A DNA stretch of 64,000 nt from the NCBI GenBank assembly GCA_032718475.1, contig JAUCBJ010004188.1, positions 54,309 through 118,308 on the forward strand. Direction: 5' to 3'. A model generated the notes under the pieces. The model was given only the letters and a program-made list of their open reading frames with translations. It did not search any database and had not been told where the DNA came from. Position numbers and translations under genes: made by a program. The DNA comes from Nemertoderma westbladi (Eukaryota; Animalia; Xenacoelomorpha). Positions 12,550-24,300 of the stretch are shown piece after piece; position 1 is the stretch's first letter, and each line of letters starts with the position of its first letter.

Positions 12550-14659
12550 CTAGAAAGCCTGTGGCCCTTCGGGCCACAGCTTTCTAGTGCACGTGCAGAT
12601 GATATATGAATATGTGTGGGAGATTTGAGAACTGCATACGGAACAGACACCATCATTAAATAAAACACCACCCCCATAAGAGATAACTGTCAAGTTTCAA
12701 CTTTAGGCAGATTGTAAATAACAAAATTTCCAGAAAATGATCACTTTCAGATCCACCCTCTACCTGCGGACTGGTGAAATGCAGACGGCGCTGCAGTTTG
12801 GTAAAGATGGGGTTTATGGTGAAGTAAAATGCCTGCCTTTCAAGTTTCAGCTTAAACAGATTGTCAATAACAAAATTGATGTAGATGTTCACATTCAGAC
12901 ATTTCACCCTCTAGCGGTAGACTGAAGAACTGTGGACGACTCTGGGACTCCGTAAAGATACAGAATATGCTGTAGTAGATTCTTGCCAAGTTCCAGCTCA
13001 ATAGGATTAAAAAGAACCAAATGGGATGAGGTGTTCACTATCAGATATGTCGCCCTCTAGCGGCAGATGGGGGACTGTATACAACTCTGTGACTCCGTAA
13101 AGGTACAGCCTATGCTGTAGTAGATGCCTACCAAGTTTCAGTCTAAACCGTTAGTAAATAACAAAGTTGGAGAAGATGTTAACTTTCAGACATTTCACCC
13201 TCTAGCGGTAGACTGGGGAAGTGAATAGGATTCTGCAACCCCGTAAAGATACAGCCTATGATGTAGTAGATACCAACCAAGTTTCAGCTCAAAATGATTA
13301 AAAAGAACCAAATGGGATGAGGTGTTCACTATCAGATATGTCGCCCTCTAGCGGCAGATGGGGGGACTGTATACAACTCTGTAACTCCGTAAAGGTACAG
13401 CCTATGCTGTAGTAGATGCCTACCAAGTATCAGTCTAAAAGGATTGTAAATAACAAAGTTGGAGGAGATGTTAACTTTCATACATTTCGCCCTCTAGCGG
13501 CAGACGCGGGTAATGTAGACAACTCTGCGCGACTCAGTAAAGATATAGCCTATGCTGTAGTAGATGCCTACCAAGTTCAGTCTAAATGGATTATAAATAA
13601 CAAAGTTGGAGAAGATGTTAACTCTCAGACATTTAGCCCTCTAACGGTAGACTGGGGAACTGTGGACAACTCAGTGACTCCGGAAATATACAGCCTATGC
13701 TGCAGTATATAGCTACCAAGTTTCAGCTCAAAAGCATTAAAAACAACCCAATGAGATCAGGTTTTCACTATCGGACAATTCGCCCTCTAGCGGCAGATTG
13801 GGGAACTTCAGACGGCTCTGAGTATTACGTTGCAACGAGTTAGGGCGAGACCTATCTAACGAGCTATAGTAAGCGAGATTTCATCGAGATTAGATGTATA
13901 ATATTAGATAAAATAATAATACAGTAAGTATAGGCCTACAGAAATAATTATTTTACTTTTAATATTCATAACAGTAAAACAAAAATGTTATAAACCTCTC
14001 CTTCCATGCAGCCAATGATTGAGAAAGCAGAATTACTCTGAGCAATTCGCAACAGACAACCCAAACCCACCCCACCCCAATCAACACTCCAGCCTGCTTG
14101 CTCCTTATCTGTGCCCAGCCAGCTAGCTGCGATTTCAATAATCACCTTAACGTTGCTATGATACAGAAAAAAATCCTTCCCTATTCACTACAGCACTAAG
14201 AATAGGCCAATTCGATCGTGCTTGGCGAATATGACATATTTATACACTATTTGATTTTTAATCAATAAATAATCATACATATTTATATTAAACACTCGAA
14301 TAAAATAAATACTTTGTGAGAATGGGACATGGCGAATCTACTCATGTTAATTTGATACCAGATGGGATAAATGTTACCCCTCTAAATAATTAATTACCGA
14401 TAGAAGAACCGAAATAATTCGATACATTTCGCCCGAACGAACACAAAATACGCATTCACGCAAGCAAACGCGTAAAATTAGCCTCGAGATTGCGATAGTT
14501 TACGTGCTCAGGACGAGAGCTTTCGATCGATGTATCATTTGCTCAGATTGGTGCATGTGTGTCGGAGCGTATAGCTTGGACAGACTCACAGACTCATAGA
14601 CTCACAGACCCACAGACTCACAGACTCACAGACAGACAGAGGATATTTATATATATAGA
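12550..14659 (-). mobile_element. Non-autonomous Helitron-like element
   Basis: Minus strand starts TCTATATATATAAATATCC followed by a TCTG/GTGAGTCT microsatellite, and ends with hairpin CTGTGGCCC-GAA-GGGCCACAG then GCTTTCTAG. It sits between host A and T with no TSD. Confidence 0.8.
12690..13810. repeat. ~146-bp tandem array (7-8 units, partly A/B alternating) inside the Helitron
   Basis: Core CCCTCTA(G/A)CGG at about 12907, 13053, 13198, 13344, 13490, 13637 and 13783 (spacing 145-147). Confidence 0.9.
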
Positions 14660-15401
14660 TTAAGATTATGGTGGTTAAAAATCGAAAAATAGGCAATGTC
14701 ATAATTTTATATATTATTGGAGGGTAAATAACGAAATAAGACGTTTAAATAAATCAGCAATAATAATTGTGAAAATCAAATATTATAATATTTTAATATT
14801 TATCACTCGCATTCTCTCAGTTTAGATGCAAAGTGTGTGATTGACTTCAAAACAATATACCCACCGTAGGCCTGCTTTCTTGCTTTCTTACATTGTTATT
14901 TAAATTGGATTTAAATAACAATAATTTATAAATTTATTTGGGTGGATAAATTACTGAAAAGACACATGAACATTTTTCGTTTATTACCTGCGATCAATTC
15001 AATTATTTTAAATATTATAGATTTGTAATTCTTTTTCGTTATATTTACCCGCCAATCAGAAATTTGTTTACACCAAAATTTATTGTTGGTGGGTAAATAC
15101 CGAATTAGTGCCCGTTAAGCTAGTGAGTTTTTTGGCGGGTAGTCGCTGATGTGAGTTTCGTTCGAAGTTGTCAACTTTTCAAATATTTCCTCACATCTTT
15201 CAGCTGCTATAAGCAAAGCTTTCTGATCTATTAAGTTCGATTCAGATCATGAAGATGTCGAATGTAACTATAACTAACCAATATAGGCCAACGAATATAA
15301 ATAAGAAATAAACAGTTCGGATTCCGGAAATCCTGCCAGATTATGTGCTGCGAGAACGGTCTTGGTACCACAATCATCAAGTTGTAACATGATAAGACCA
15401 G

Positions 15402-15823
15402 CATCAGACCACCTCATCCACCCGGGTGACCATCAGACCACCTCATCCACACAGGTGACCATTAGACCACCTCATCCACCCACGTGACCATTAGACCACC
15501 TCATCCACCCAGGTGACCATTAGACCACCTCATCCACCCACGTGACCATTAGACCACCTCATCCACCCAGGTGACCATTAGACCACCTCATCCACCCAGG
15601 TGACCATCAGACCACCTCATCCACACAGGTGACCATTAGACCACCTCATCCACCCACGTGACCATTAGACCACCTCATCCACCCACGTGACCATTAGACC
15701 ACCTCATCCACCCAGGTGACCATTAGACCACCTCATCCACCCAGGTGACCATCAGACCACCTCATCCACCCAGGTGACCATCACACCACCTCATCCACCC
15801 AGGTGACCATTAGACCCCCACAT
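15402..15823. repeat. 29-bp minisatellite (AGACCACCTCATCCACCCAGGTGACCATT), ~14 copies
   Basis: Direct reading; period of 29 from 15405 to 15434. Confidence 0.95.
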
Positions 15824-15854
15824 CCGAATCGGATAATATTATTATTTTACGTCA

Positions 15855-16020
15855 TTTTTCCACTTGATTGTGGAACAAGGACGGCTATCGCAGCATAGAA
15901 TCTGACAAATCATTGTGAGTGTCGAACGCCGAAAGTATACGCAATCGATGAGAATACAGACAATAGTTACCGTTGTCGCGTCGTGTGTTCAATTGGATCA
16001 GGCAGGACAACTCTGCACAG
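15855..16020 (+). repeat. Dispersed ~150-bp repeat, copy 2
   Basis: Similar to 3338-3490. Confidence 0.75.
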
Positions 16021-18059
16021 ACAAAAACTTCATTAGTCTGTTTTCCCAGAGATTTATCATTATCTGAGAATCTCATCTTTATTCTTTATGGGCACCAGAA
16101 GTTCTACAAAGTTTCGTTGTTGTTCAGAGTTGTTAGCACATTGACTGAAACAGTAACGTAAAGAATCAGTTTTTCTTCTTGAAAATAATCACGCAGTCAG
16201 TAAGTAACTTGTTTCAAATAAACCTGCTTCCCTGATTCACTTTCACCTTTCTTTCACAAAGATTAAACATAAAATTTAAAATATTTAATTAAATTTTTTA
16301 CATTTTTTACTTTGAGTGTAAAGTATTACTTTCTGATCCGAATATGTAATAATATATACCATACGGTATATTATATTACTGAACTGAATCGTTATATTTT
16401 GGGTTTGTTTATTTGATTATAGAGATATAATATGATGAGCCAGGTATTTATTAATTTTAGCCTATAAGTCCTAATTGCCTATAATATATGTTATTCCAAA
16501 ACTGTATTAATATGTATTGAACAGTTGAAGCGGGATTTTAAATTCTTATGCGTCAATATACTGTAGGAGCTTGATTTACCATCATGTCGTATTTATATTA
16601 TCATATTTATGTGCGTTATTATTGTACCTACAGTACCTACTTTACGAGTAAATTATGATGGGTTATTGGACAGTTTGCGGTGCTAAAATTACCTAAATCA
16701 AAATGTGCTGTCAATAAATATCTTTATTTGAATAAAGGCTCTTTTTATGACTAATATTTTTGAAATTGAGTTAATTAATCTAACTTTTTTTCACTAATTT
16801 CCAGAAAATTAGTTAAAACAAGTATTTTTTTCATCTTATTTTAGCTCACTGTAGCTAGCTCAAAAATCTTCCGTCTGTACAGTACCGGTACTTGTACACG
16901 GTAACACAATTAGTAGGCATACTGTAGTACTGTACAGTACAGCAGTACTGTACAATTTGAATACTGTAATTGGTGATTGGTAGTTGATAGACCTTTCTCA
17001 TCCTTAGATCCTACAGAATGGCTGTTAGCAGTACCGGACCTGGTGGTAGGCCTAAATATTGACGATCTGTACGTGCTCGAAAATTTGAATGAGCAAGATG
17101 ACGCGATGTTTTCGGAGCTACTGACTCAGAAATCTTAGGATATCTATCTGAAAGCGTGGGCAGCATTAATATAGTATTATACGTCGTAAACAATGATAAC
17201 GCTGGTGATTTTTTTTATTCAAATAAAACAATATATTCGATATAAAAACGTAACGGAAATCACTATTTTCCACACATTTTCTTTAGAAAAATACTGTTAT
17301 TCTGCCCTCGTGTGTTGAGTTTTCCACTCGTTGGCATTTTAACACTCGCTTTGCTCGTGCTAAAACCTGCCAACTTGACTTATCTGTCGGTATTATTTAA
17401 ACTTTAACTTCAAATTTAATCTTTTTAAACTATTAATAACAGCTCTTGTTTCGAGGTAGACGTAATAGCGGGAGAGCAGTTTGTAAAAAGTTACTCGTTA
17501 GGTGCTGTAATGTCTACGTTACTTCTACAATGAATTTGTATCTGTAATTTAAAAAACTTAATGCAGTATATAAATTACTGTAAGAGATCCTACTGTTTAC
17601 TACTACAGTATAATGCAGTATGTTGTTATAATGGACGACTGTATATAACAACTCGTTGTCAATATTAACTGCGTTAAGAAAAATAGGATGTACAGTATTC
17701 TACAGTGTTACATACAAACGCACTATTTACCCATCATACTGTATATGCACCCAACCGAGATCGATTACCCCCTAGGGGATATTTCCCCCTCAACAGTTTA
17801 CAACAGAACGAATATTCTGTATACGAGAAACGTGAATCAATAAAGCAGAAACGGAACTCCAAGGAATGAGGAAGCTAGCGAATAATGTTGGTGCGATTAA
17901 ACAATTGTTGGGTTAGAAACAATAATTGAGTAAAAGTGGTTAAAAGGTTCGACGAAAATATTCGTCGAAAAAAAAAGAAATGGAAAGAAGCACTTGTTGC
18001 TTTATTGTTCATGGTATCATTGTTTAATTATAAAATACCATTGAATGCAAACTTAATAT

Positions 18060-18275
18060 ACGGACGCAATAAAAATTAATCCCTCTCCAGGGGAAATTGG
18101 ACGCAAATAGCAGTTGATTACTCTCAAAAATAAAACTGTAACCTGTTCTATTGTGTTTAGTTTATTGTTTTGGTTAAAATAACGTGCCACTGTAACCTGC
18201 TCCTTTCCCTAAATTAAGAATTTGACATTGAGGCGGGATATTAATTCGCCAAGATGGGATTTGCGTCCAGTTCCC
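18060..18275. repeat. Dispersed repeat family with GGACGCAA/TTGCGTCC modules (probable DNA-transposon remnant)
   Basis: Reverse-complement matches at about 27590-27790 and 58766-58835 (TAATCAGCTGTTATTTG..CCCCTGGAGAGGGAT..TTGCGTCC); a shorter match lies near 46497. Confidence 0.55.
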
Positions 18276-19344
18276 CCCCCCCCCCCCCCCCCCCCTACCC
18301 TGTATCAAAAATTTTACGAGGATCTGAATTTACACTTTAAAAAAATGGAAATTATTTATTTTAATGTATATTTTAATTAAAGAAATAAAAATCAGTGATT
18401 TAAAGTCCTACTCAATCACTAAAATTAATTAGTGAAGAAAGTCTTTCTCTCACTAACACTTAGTGAAGGAAAGCAAAATTATTGCTATGCTGTAGTTAGC
18501 GAAAGTTTAACTTGCTTCCATTCCATTCTTGATAAATGAATAACCTTGATTTGGCATTTCCAACTTGACAAAGAAAACTTTAATTTACATGTCAATTGCG
18601 TAAACTAATCAATTTCGCGTAGAACAAGTGACTTTATTCAATTACTAATAGGCTGAGCGAGGTAAATTATTTTTGCCCACAAATTCCGATCCATTGTTGT
18701 TTTTTTGAAGCAGTTGGTTGAGTAGTCAGTCATTCAGAAAAATTCCTTCAAAAATTTCGTCGTGGGGAAAATTTTTTGCAGACCCTTAAACATAGCAACG
18801 GAGATCTTTTGCATAACTACGTCTATCATGTAATAGCTATCGCTTTGAAATTATAGCTGATCGGTGTATCAGATGTATCTAGTTTACTGGTCAATAAATT
18901 TTTTTTTAGACCATAGCAACCAGGTGAAAAATGACTATAAAGTTAGCAACTTTTACAATGTGCTTAACAACGGCCCTTTCGCTGGTTCCAGCAACTTCCA
19001 AACGACTTCTAGACCGACTATAAGGAACAATATACAAATATTTTCATTTTCTGTCTTAAATAGCAACTGGTCAAATGTGCATAGCAACGAGCTAATTAGG
19101 GTCACAGAAACTTCGAACTAATGCCTGCACCCAATATATTGATAATGTCGAACAATATACACTCATTTTATGTTATGTTATGTTATGAGGCTTGTTGATT
19201 ATCCTGTCCTGATTACGGAAGCCACTACTACATACTACTATAATTGAACTGCTGCATTAAAGGTGAACATTGAGATGCTATGCTTTGCTTATGCAGGCTT
19301 GAAAAATAAAAACTTTTGCCACCGCCATTCAATCCACAATTGGC

Positions 19345-19535
19345 ATGACTAATGCAGCGTGCATTAAGAATGCTATGCCGGCTTATCAATAAAATTGCAG
19401 CATTGCTCAAGTGTCAAGAGGCGGCTTTGTTCAAGCTTGGGGGGAACCACTGAGACACCTGGAATGATTATTGTACTTGACCTATATCAGGTCAGGTATT
19501 CTAGGTTATTGATCAAGAAAACTTTCCACCTCCAT
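19345..19535 (-). mobile_element. Highly deleted minus-strand remnant of the RTE LINE family
   Basis: The reverse complement contains short blocks matching the RTE at 59299-61140 (GGAGGTGGAAA; TCAAGTACAAT; GGTGTCTCA.TGGTTCCCC..AAGCTTGAA; GCAATTTT..GA.AAGCCGGCA.AGCATTCTTAA). Confidence 0.6.
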
Positions 19536-19539
19536 GCAG

Positions 19540-21030
19540 CAAAAAGGAGGTGTCACCTGTGGCTGCAGACCCTCTTACTAAGGACAAATCTGGTCCTGTA
19601 ACTAGGACCCCCTTCGTTCTGGGATAGGGGCGCCTTTGGTCCTGGATTAAGGACCCATATACTTGGCTGCAGGGGTATATGGGCTGGCCAGGCAGATGGT
19701 GATCTACCAATGGCTGGTCAGGAGAAGAGTGTTCTCATGTCCAATTGAGTGCACTTCACTGCGACCAGCACCTGGCAGCAGGGGTACAGGGCATGGCCCA
19801 GCTGATTAGCTGCACAGCCAATGGTGGGTCATGTGCATCAGAGTAGGTATGGGTGATGCGCCCAAAAATATGACTACACGGCGACACCAACCCTGTGGGT
19901 TGGCAAACCAGTGTGTGGTATTTGCCCCGAGAGCTGACTCGGCAGAAAAGCACCCCCCCCAACCCCCACTATGGATTACATTAGTAATGCGGAGGTCCGG
20001 CCACTAGAGGCCAGTGGAACTACCGGACACATTAGGTCTCACAGGCGTCAGTTATCTCCTGACCGGCTACCAGTCTCACCCCCTACTGGAAAGAGAGCTG
20101 TCAACAATTTTGTGAGTCCCTTTACTGATGACCTTTCGGGCCCAAACCCTAGGTCACCAGGGAGGCCAGATTGTGAAGGGGAGAGGGATTCTGGAGTTTG
20201 AGGTTCTGTCTGATTAAGGACATGGGGGGGGGGGGGGGCGGTTTGCGACTTGCCCTGGCATCAGAAGATAATAGTGACAATGGTGGAATTGGTCTATTGA
20301 TGAATCCAACTGCACATGCAGCATTGGACAAAATATACAAAATCTCTAACCTCATCAACCGTTGCCACTTCTCATGTTCTGGAAGACTGGCTAAGAAGTT
20401 TCCTGTATATAAATTGCAGGTAAATTGCGGACATACGAGGTATCAGATAGTATTTACAGGTCTATCTTTTACCTGAGCCGCTAGCTGAATGGTTTGAGCG
20501 TCAGACTTCCAACCCAGAGGTCACCCGTTCGATCCCACCTGGACATCATTGCCGACTTTGCAAAAGCTGTGCTCAAGAAAAAGTTATAATAAATCTCTGG
20601 ATGGCACATTCACAAGAATGCTACGCCGGGTTCATTGTATCAATTACAATGCACACATCTCCTAACACACACATCTCCTAACACCTCCACTATATAACAT
20701 TGGAGGTGTCTCATTGGTTCCCCCAAACTTGACACTAGAACAAAATTGCCTCCACTTTGCAGGACATTGCTTTCGCCGTGAGGACCAGCCAGTGCATAAT
20801 CTTGTACTTTGGCAGCCTCATGGAGTGAATAAGCATGGTGGACAGTCCATGACTTTCTTGAGACGTATCTTAAAGGACACTGGCCTTGAAGATGCGGATG
20901 ATCTAGCAAATTTCATGGGTGATAGGGAGTTGTGGCGGCGCAATTTTGTCGACAAGCCGGCACAGCATTCTTAAAAATGCAGCTGCAATGCAGCATGCCG
21001 ATCCTAGTAGTAGTACAATAGTAGTAGTAA
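19540..21030 (+). mobile_element. Internally deleted RTE-clade LINE (GC-rich putative 5' UTR, endonuclease fragment, 3' end with TAG repeats)
   Basis: 20200-20403 matches 59453-59642 and 20591-21015 matches 60731-61140. The 5' boundary is approximate. Confidence 0.8.
20476..20545 (+). mobile_element. tRNA-derived SINE head / tRNA-like pseudogene (Lys-like)
   Basis: A-box TAGCTGAATGG and B-box GTTCGATCC with AGCGTCAGACTT resembling tRNA-Lys. The anticodon and acceptor stems do not pair properly. Confidence 0.6.
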
Positions 21031-21064
21031 CTCAAATAAAAATCAACTCCACAAATTTGCCCTG

Positions 21065-21175
21065 AGATAGATAGATATGTAAACATTAACAAATACACCA
21101 AATAATGTATAGGTAGGCCTATTGTCCAACATAACTCCTATACCAGTAAAAATTTGCAGCTTATTTCCAAGGGGG
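21065..21175 (-). mobile_element. Short retroposon 3' end with CTAT-repeat tail (second copy at 21818-21958)
   Basis: Both copies share GATAGATAGAT..AACAAATACACCAAA.AATGTA..TTTGCAGCTTATTTCCAAGGGGG. Confidence 0.55.
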
Positions 21176-21399
21176 AAGAAGTTTTGAAGGGATTTACTCC
21201 AACTGAACAAAATACGAATAATTAACATACAGTAAGTTAGAAAAGCCAGGGGGATTTCAATCATGTCGACGAACTTTTGACTGTACTGGCGTATCCGTAT
21301 TTTTTGATAGTTTTTATGGATATTTAAAGTCATAAAGGTGAAAGCCAACTTTGGGGTCAGACATAGAATTGGAAGTATTAATAAGTTATAATAATTAGT

Positions 21400-24300
21400 T
21401 TGGGAGCCACAGGGTTGGAGGGAAGTCCGGACAATTGCGACCCGGACAATGGCGACCCGGACAATTGCGACCCGGTCAATTGCGACCCATGTTTTCAAAT
21501 AAAAATTATGGGTCGCAATTGTCAATGATATACAATGATATTTATCAATGATATACATTACATCTTTATATCTGGATCCGGACAATTGCGACCCGGACAA
21601 TCGCGACCCGGTCAATTGCGACGCATCAATTTTTTCTTAAATTATGGGTCGCAATTGACCGGGTCGCAATTGTCCGGATCGCAATTGTCCGGGTCGCAAT
21701 TGTCCAGGTCGCAATTGTTAACATCGGTTGGAGGTAGTGTAGGAGCTACATGGTTGTAAGAGGTTGGAGTTGGTTTGGGAGCCACAGGATTGGAAGAGGT
21801 TGGAGGTAGTGTAGGATATATAGATAGATAGATTTATTTATACATTATGTAAAAATAATAACAAATACACCAAACAATGTACCGATAAAAAGGTACTGTC
21901 AAACATAACATATAGGATTACCCCTAAAGCTTTGCAGCTTATTTCCAAGGGGGTCCTTGAGGCCACATGGTAGGAAGAGGTTGGAGTTGGTGTAGGAGCC
22001 ACAGGGTTGGAAGAGGTAAGAGTTGGTGTGGGAACCACAGGGTTGGAAGAAATTGGATGGTGGGAGCCACAGGGTATAAAGATGTTAGGGTTAGTGTGGG
22101 AGTCACAGGTTAGGAGTTGGTGTAGGAGCCACAGGGTTGGAAGAGGTTGGAGTTGGTGTGGCAGCCACAGGGTTGTAAGAAGTTCGAGTTGGTGTAGGAG
22201 CCACAGGGTTGGAAGAGGTTGGAGTTGATGTGGGAGCCACAGGGTTGAAGTTGGTGTGGGAGCCACAGGGTTGGAAGAGGTTGGAGTTGGTGCGGGAGCC
22301 ACAGGTTTGGAGTTAGTGTAGGAGCCACAGGGTTGGAGTTGGTGCGGGAGCCACAGGTTTGGAGTTAGTGTAGGAGCCACAGGGTTGGAAGAGGTTGGAG
22401 TTGGTGCGGGAGCCACAGGTTTGGAGTTAGTGTATGAGCCACAGGGTTGGAAGAAGTTGGAGTTGGTGTGGGAGCCACAGGGTTGGAGTTGGTGTGGGAG
22501 CCACAGGGTTGGAAGAGGCTGGAATTGGTGTGGGAGCCACATGTTTGGAAGAAGTTGGAGATGGTGGGAGCCACAGGGTTTAAAGATGTTAGAGTTGGTG
22601 TGGGAGCCACGGGTTTGGAGTTGGTGTAGGAGCCACAGGGTTGGAAGGGGTTGAATTTGGTGTGGCAACCACGTGGTTGGAAGAGGATGGAATTGGTGTG
22701 GGAGCCACAGGGTTGGAAGAAGTTGGAGTTGGTGTGGGAGCCACATGGTTGGAGGAGGTTGGAGTTGGATTAGTAGCCACAGGGTTGGAAGAAGTTGACG
22801 TTGATGTCGGAGCCACAGGGTTGGAAGAAGTTGGAATTGGTGTGGGAGCCACAGGGTTAGAAGAGGTTGGAGTTGGATTAGTAGCCACAGGGTTGGAAGA
22901 AGTTGAAGTTAATGTGGGAGCCAAAGGGTTTGAAGAGGTTAGAGTTAGTGTGGGAGCCACAGGATTGTAAGAGTAGGTGTGGGAGCCACAGGGTTGGAGT
23001 TGGAGTGGGAGCTACATGGTTGGAAGAGGTTGGAGTTGGTGTGGGAGCCACAGGGTTGGAATAGGTTAGAGTTGGTGTGGGAGTCACATGGTTGGAAGAA
23101 GTTGGAGTTGGTGTGGGAGCCACAGGGTTGGTAGAAGTTGGAGTTGGTGTGGGAGCCACAGGATTGTAAGAGGTTAGAGTTGGTGTGGGAGCCACACGGT
23201 TGGAGTTGGTGTGGCAGCCACAGGGTTGGAAGAGGTTAGAGTTGGTGTGGGAGCCACAGGGTTGGAAGAAGTTGGAGTTGGTGTGGGAGCCACAGGATTG
23301 TAAGGGGTTAGAGTTGGTGTGGGAGCCACAGTGTTGGAAGAGGTTAGAGTTGGTGTGGAAGCCACAGGGTTGGAAGAGGTTAGAGTTGGTGTGGGAGCCA
23401 CAGAGTTGGAAGAAGTTGAAGTTGATGTGGGAGCCACAGGGTTTGAAGAGGTTAGAGTTGGATTGGGAGACACAGGGTTGGAAGAGGTTGGAGTTTGTTG
23501 TGGGAGCCACAGGGTTGGAAGAGGTTGGAGTTGGTGTGGGAGCCACAGGGTTGGAAGATGTTAGAGTTGGTGTGGGAGCCACAGGGTTGGAAGAGGTTAG
23601 AGTTGGTGTGGGAGCCACAGGATTTGAAGAGGTTGGAGTTGGTGTGGGAGGCACATGGTTGGTAGAGGTTGGAGTTGGTGTGGGAGCCACAGGGTTGGAA
23701 GGGGTTGGAGTTGGCGTGGGAGCCAAATGGTTGGAAGAGGTTGGAGTTGGTGTAGGAGCCACAGGGTTGTAAGAGGTTTGTGTTGGTGTGGCAGCCACAA
23801 GGTTGTAAGAGTTTGGAGTTGGGGTGGGAGCCACAGGGTTGGAAGAAGTTGGAGTTGATGTGGGAGCCGCAGGGTTGGAAGAGGTTGGAGTTGGTGTGGC
23901 AGCCACGTGGTTGGAAGAGGTTGGAGTTGGTGTGGGAGCCACAGGGTTGGAACAGGTTGGAGCTGGTGTGGGAGCCACAGGGTTGGAGTTAGTGTAGGAG
24001 CCACAGGGTTGGAAGAGGTTGGAGTTGGTGTAGGAGCCACAGGGTTGGAAGAGGTTGGAGTTGGTGTGGGAGCCACAGGGTTGTGAGAGGTTCGAGTTAG
24101 TGTGGGAGCTGGGAGCCACAGGGTTGGAAGAGGTTGGAGTTGGTGCGGGAGCCACAGGTTTGGAGTTGGTGTAGGAGCCAGAGGGTTGGAAGAAGTTGGA
24201 GTTGGTGTGGGAGCCACAGGGTTGTAAGAGGTTGGAGTTGGTGTAGGAGCCACAGGGTTGGAAGAGGTTGGAGTTGGTGTGGGAGCCACAGGGTTGTAAG

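Noticed and set aside
19540-19920. HDV-like ribozyme at the RTE 5' end
   Set aside because: A P4-like hairpin and a possible P1 pair (GGTGTC/GACACC) are visible, but P3/L3 and P1.1 could not be fitted by eye.
20476-20545. Functional tRNA gene
   Set aside because: Acceptor and anticodon stems do not pair; treated as a SINE head or pseudogene.
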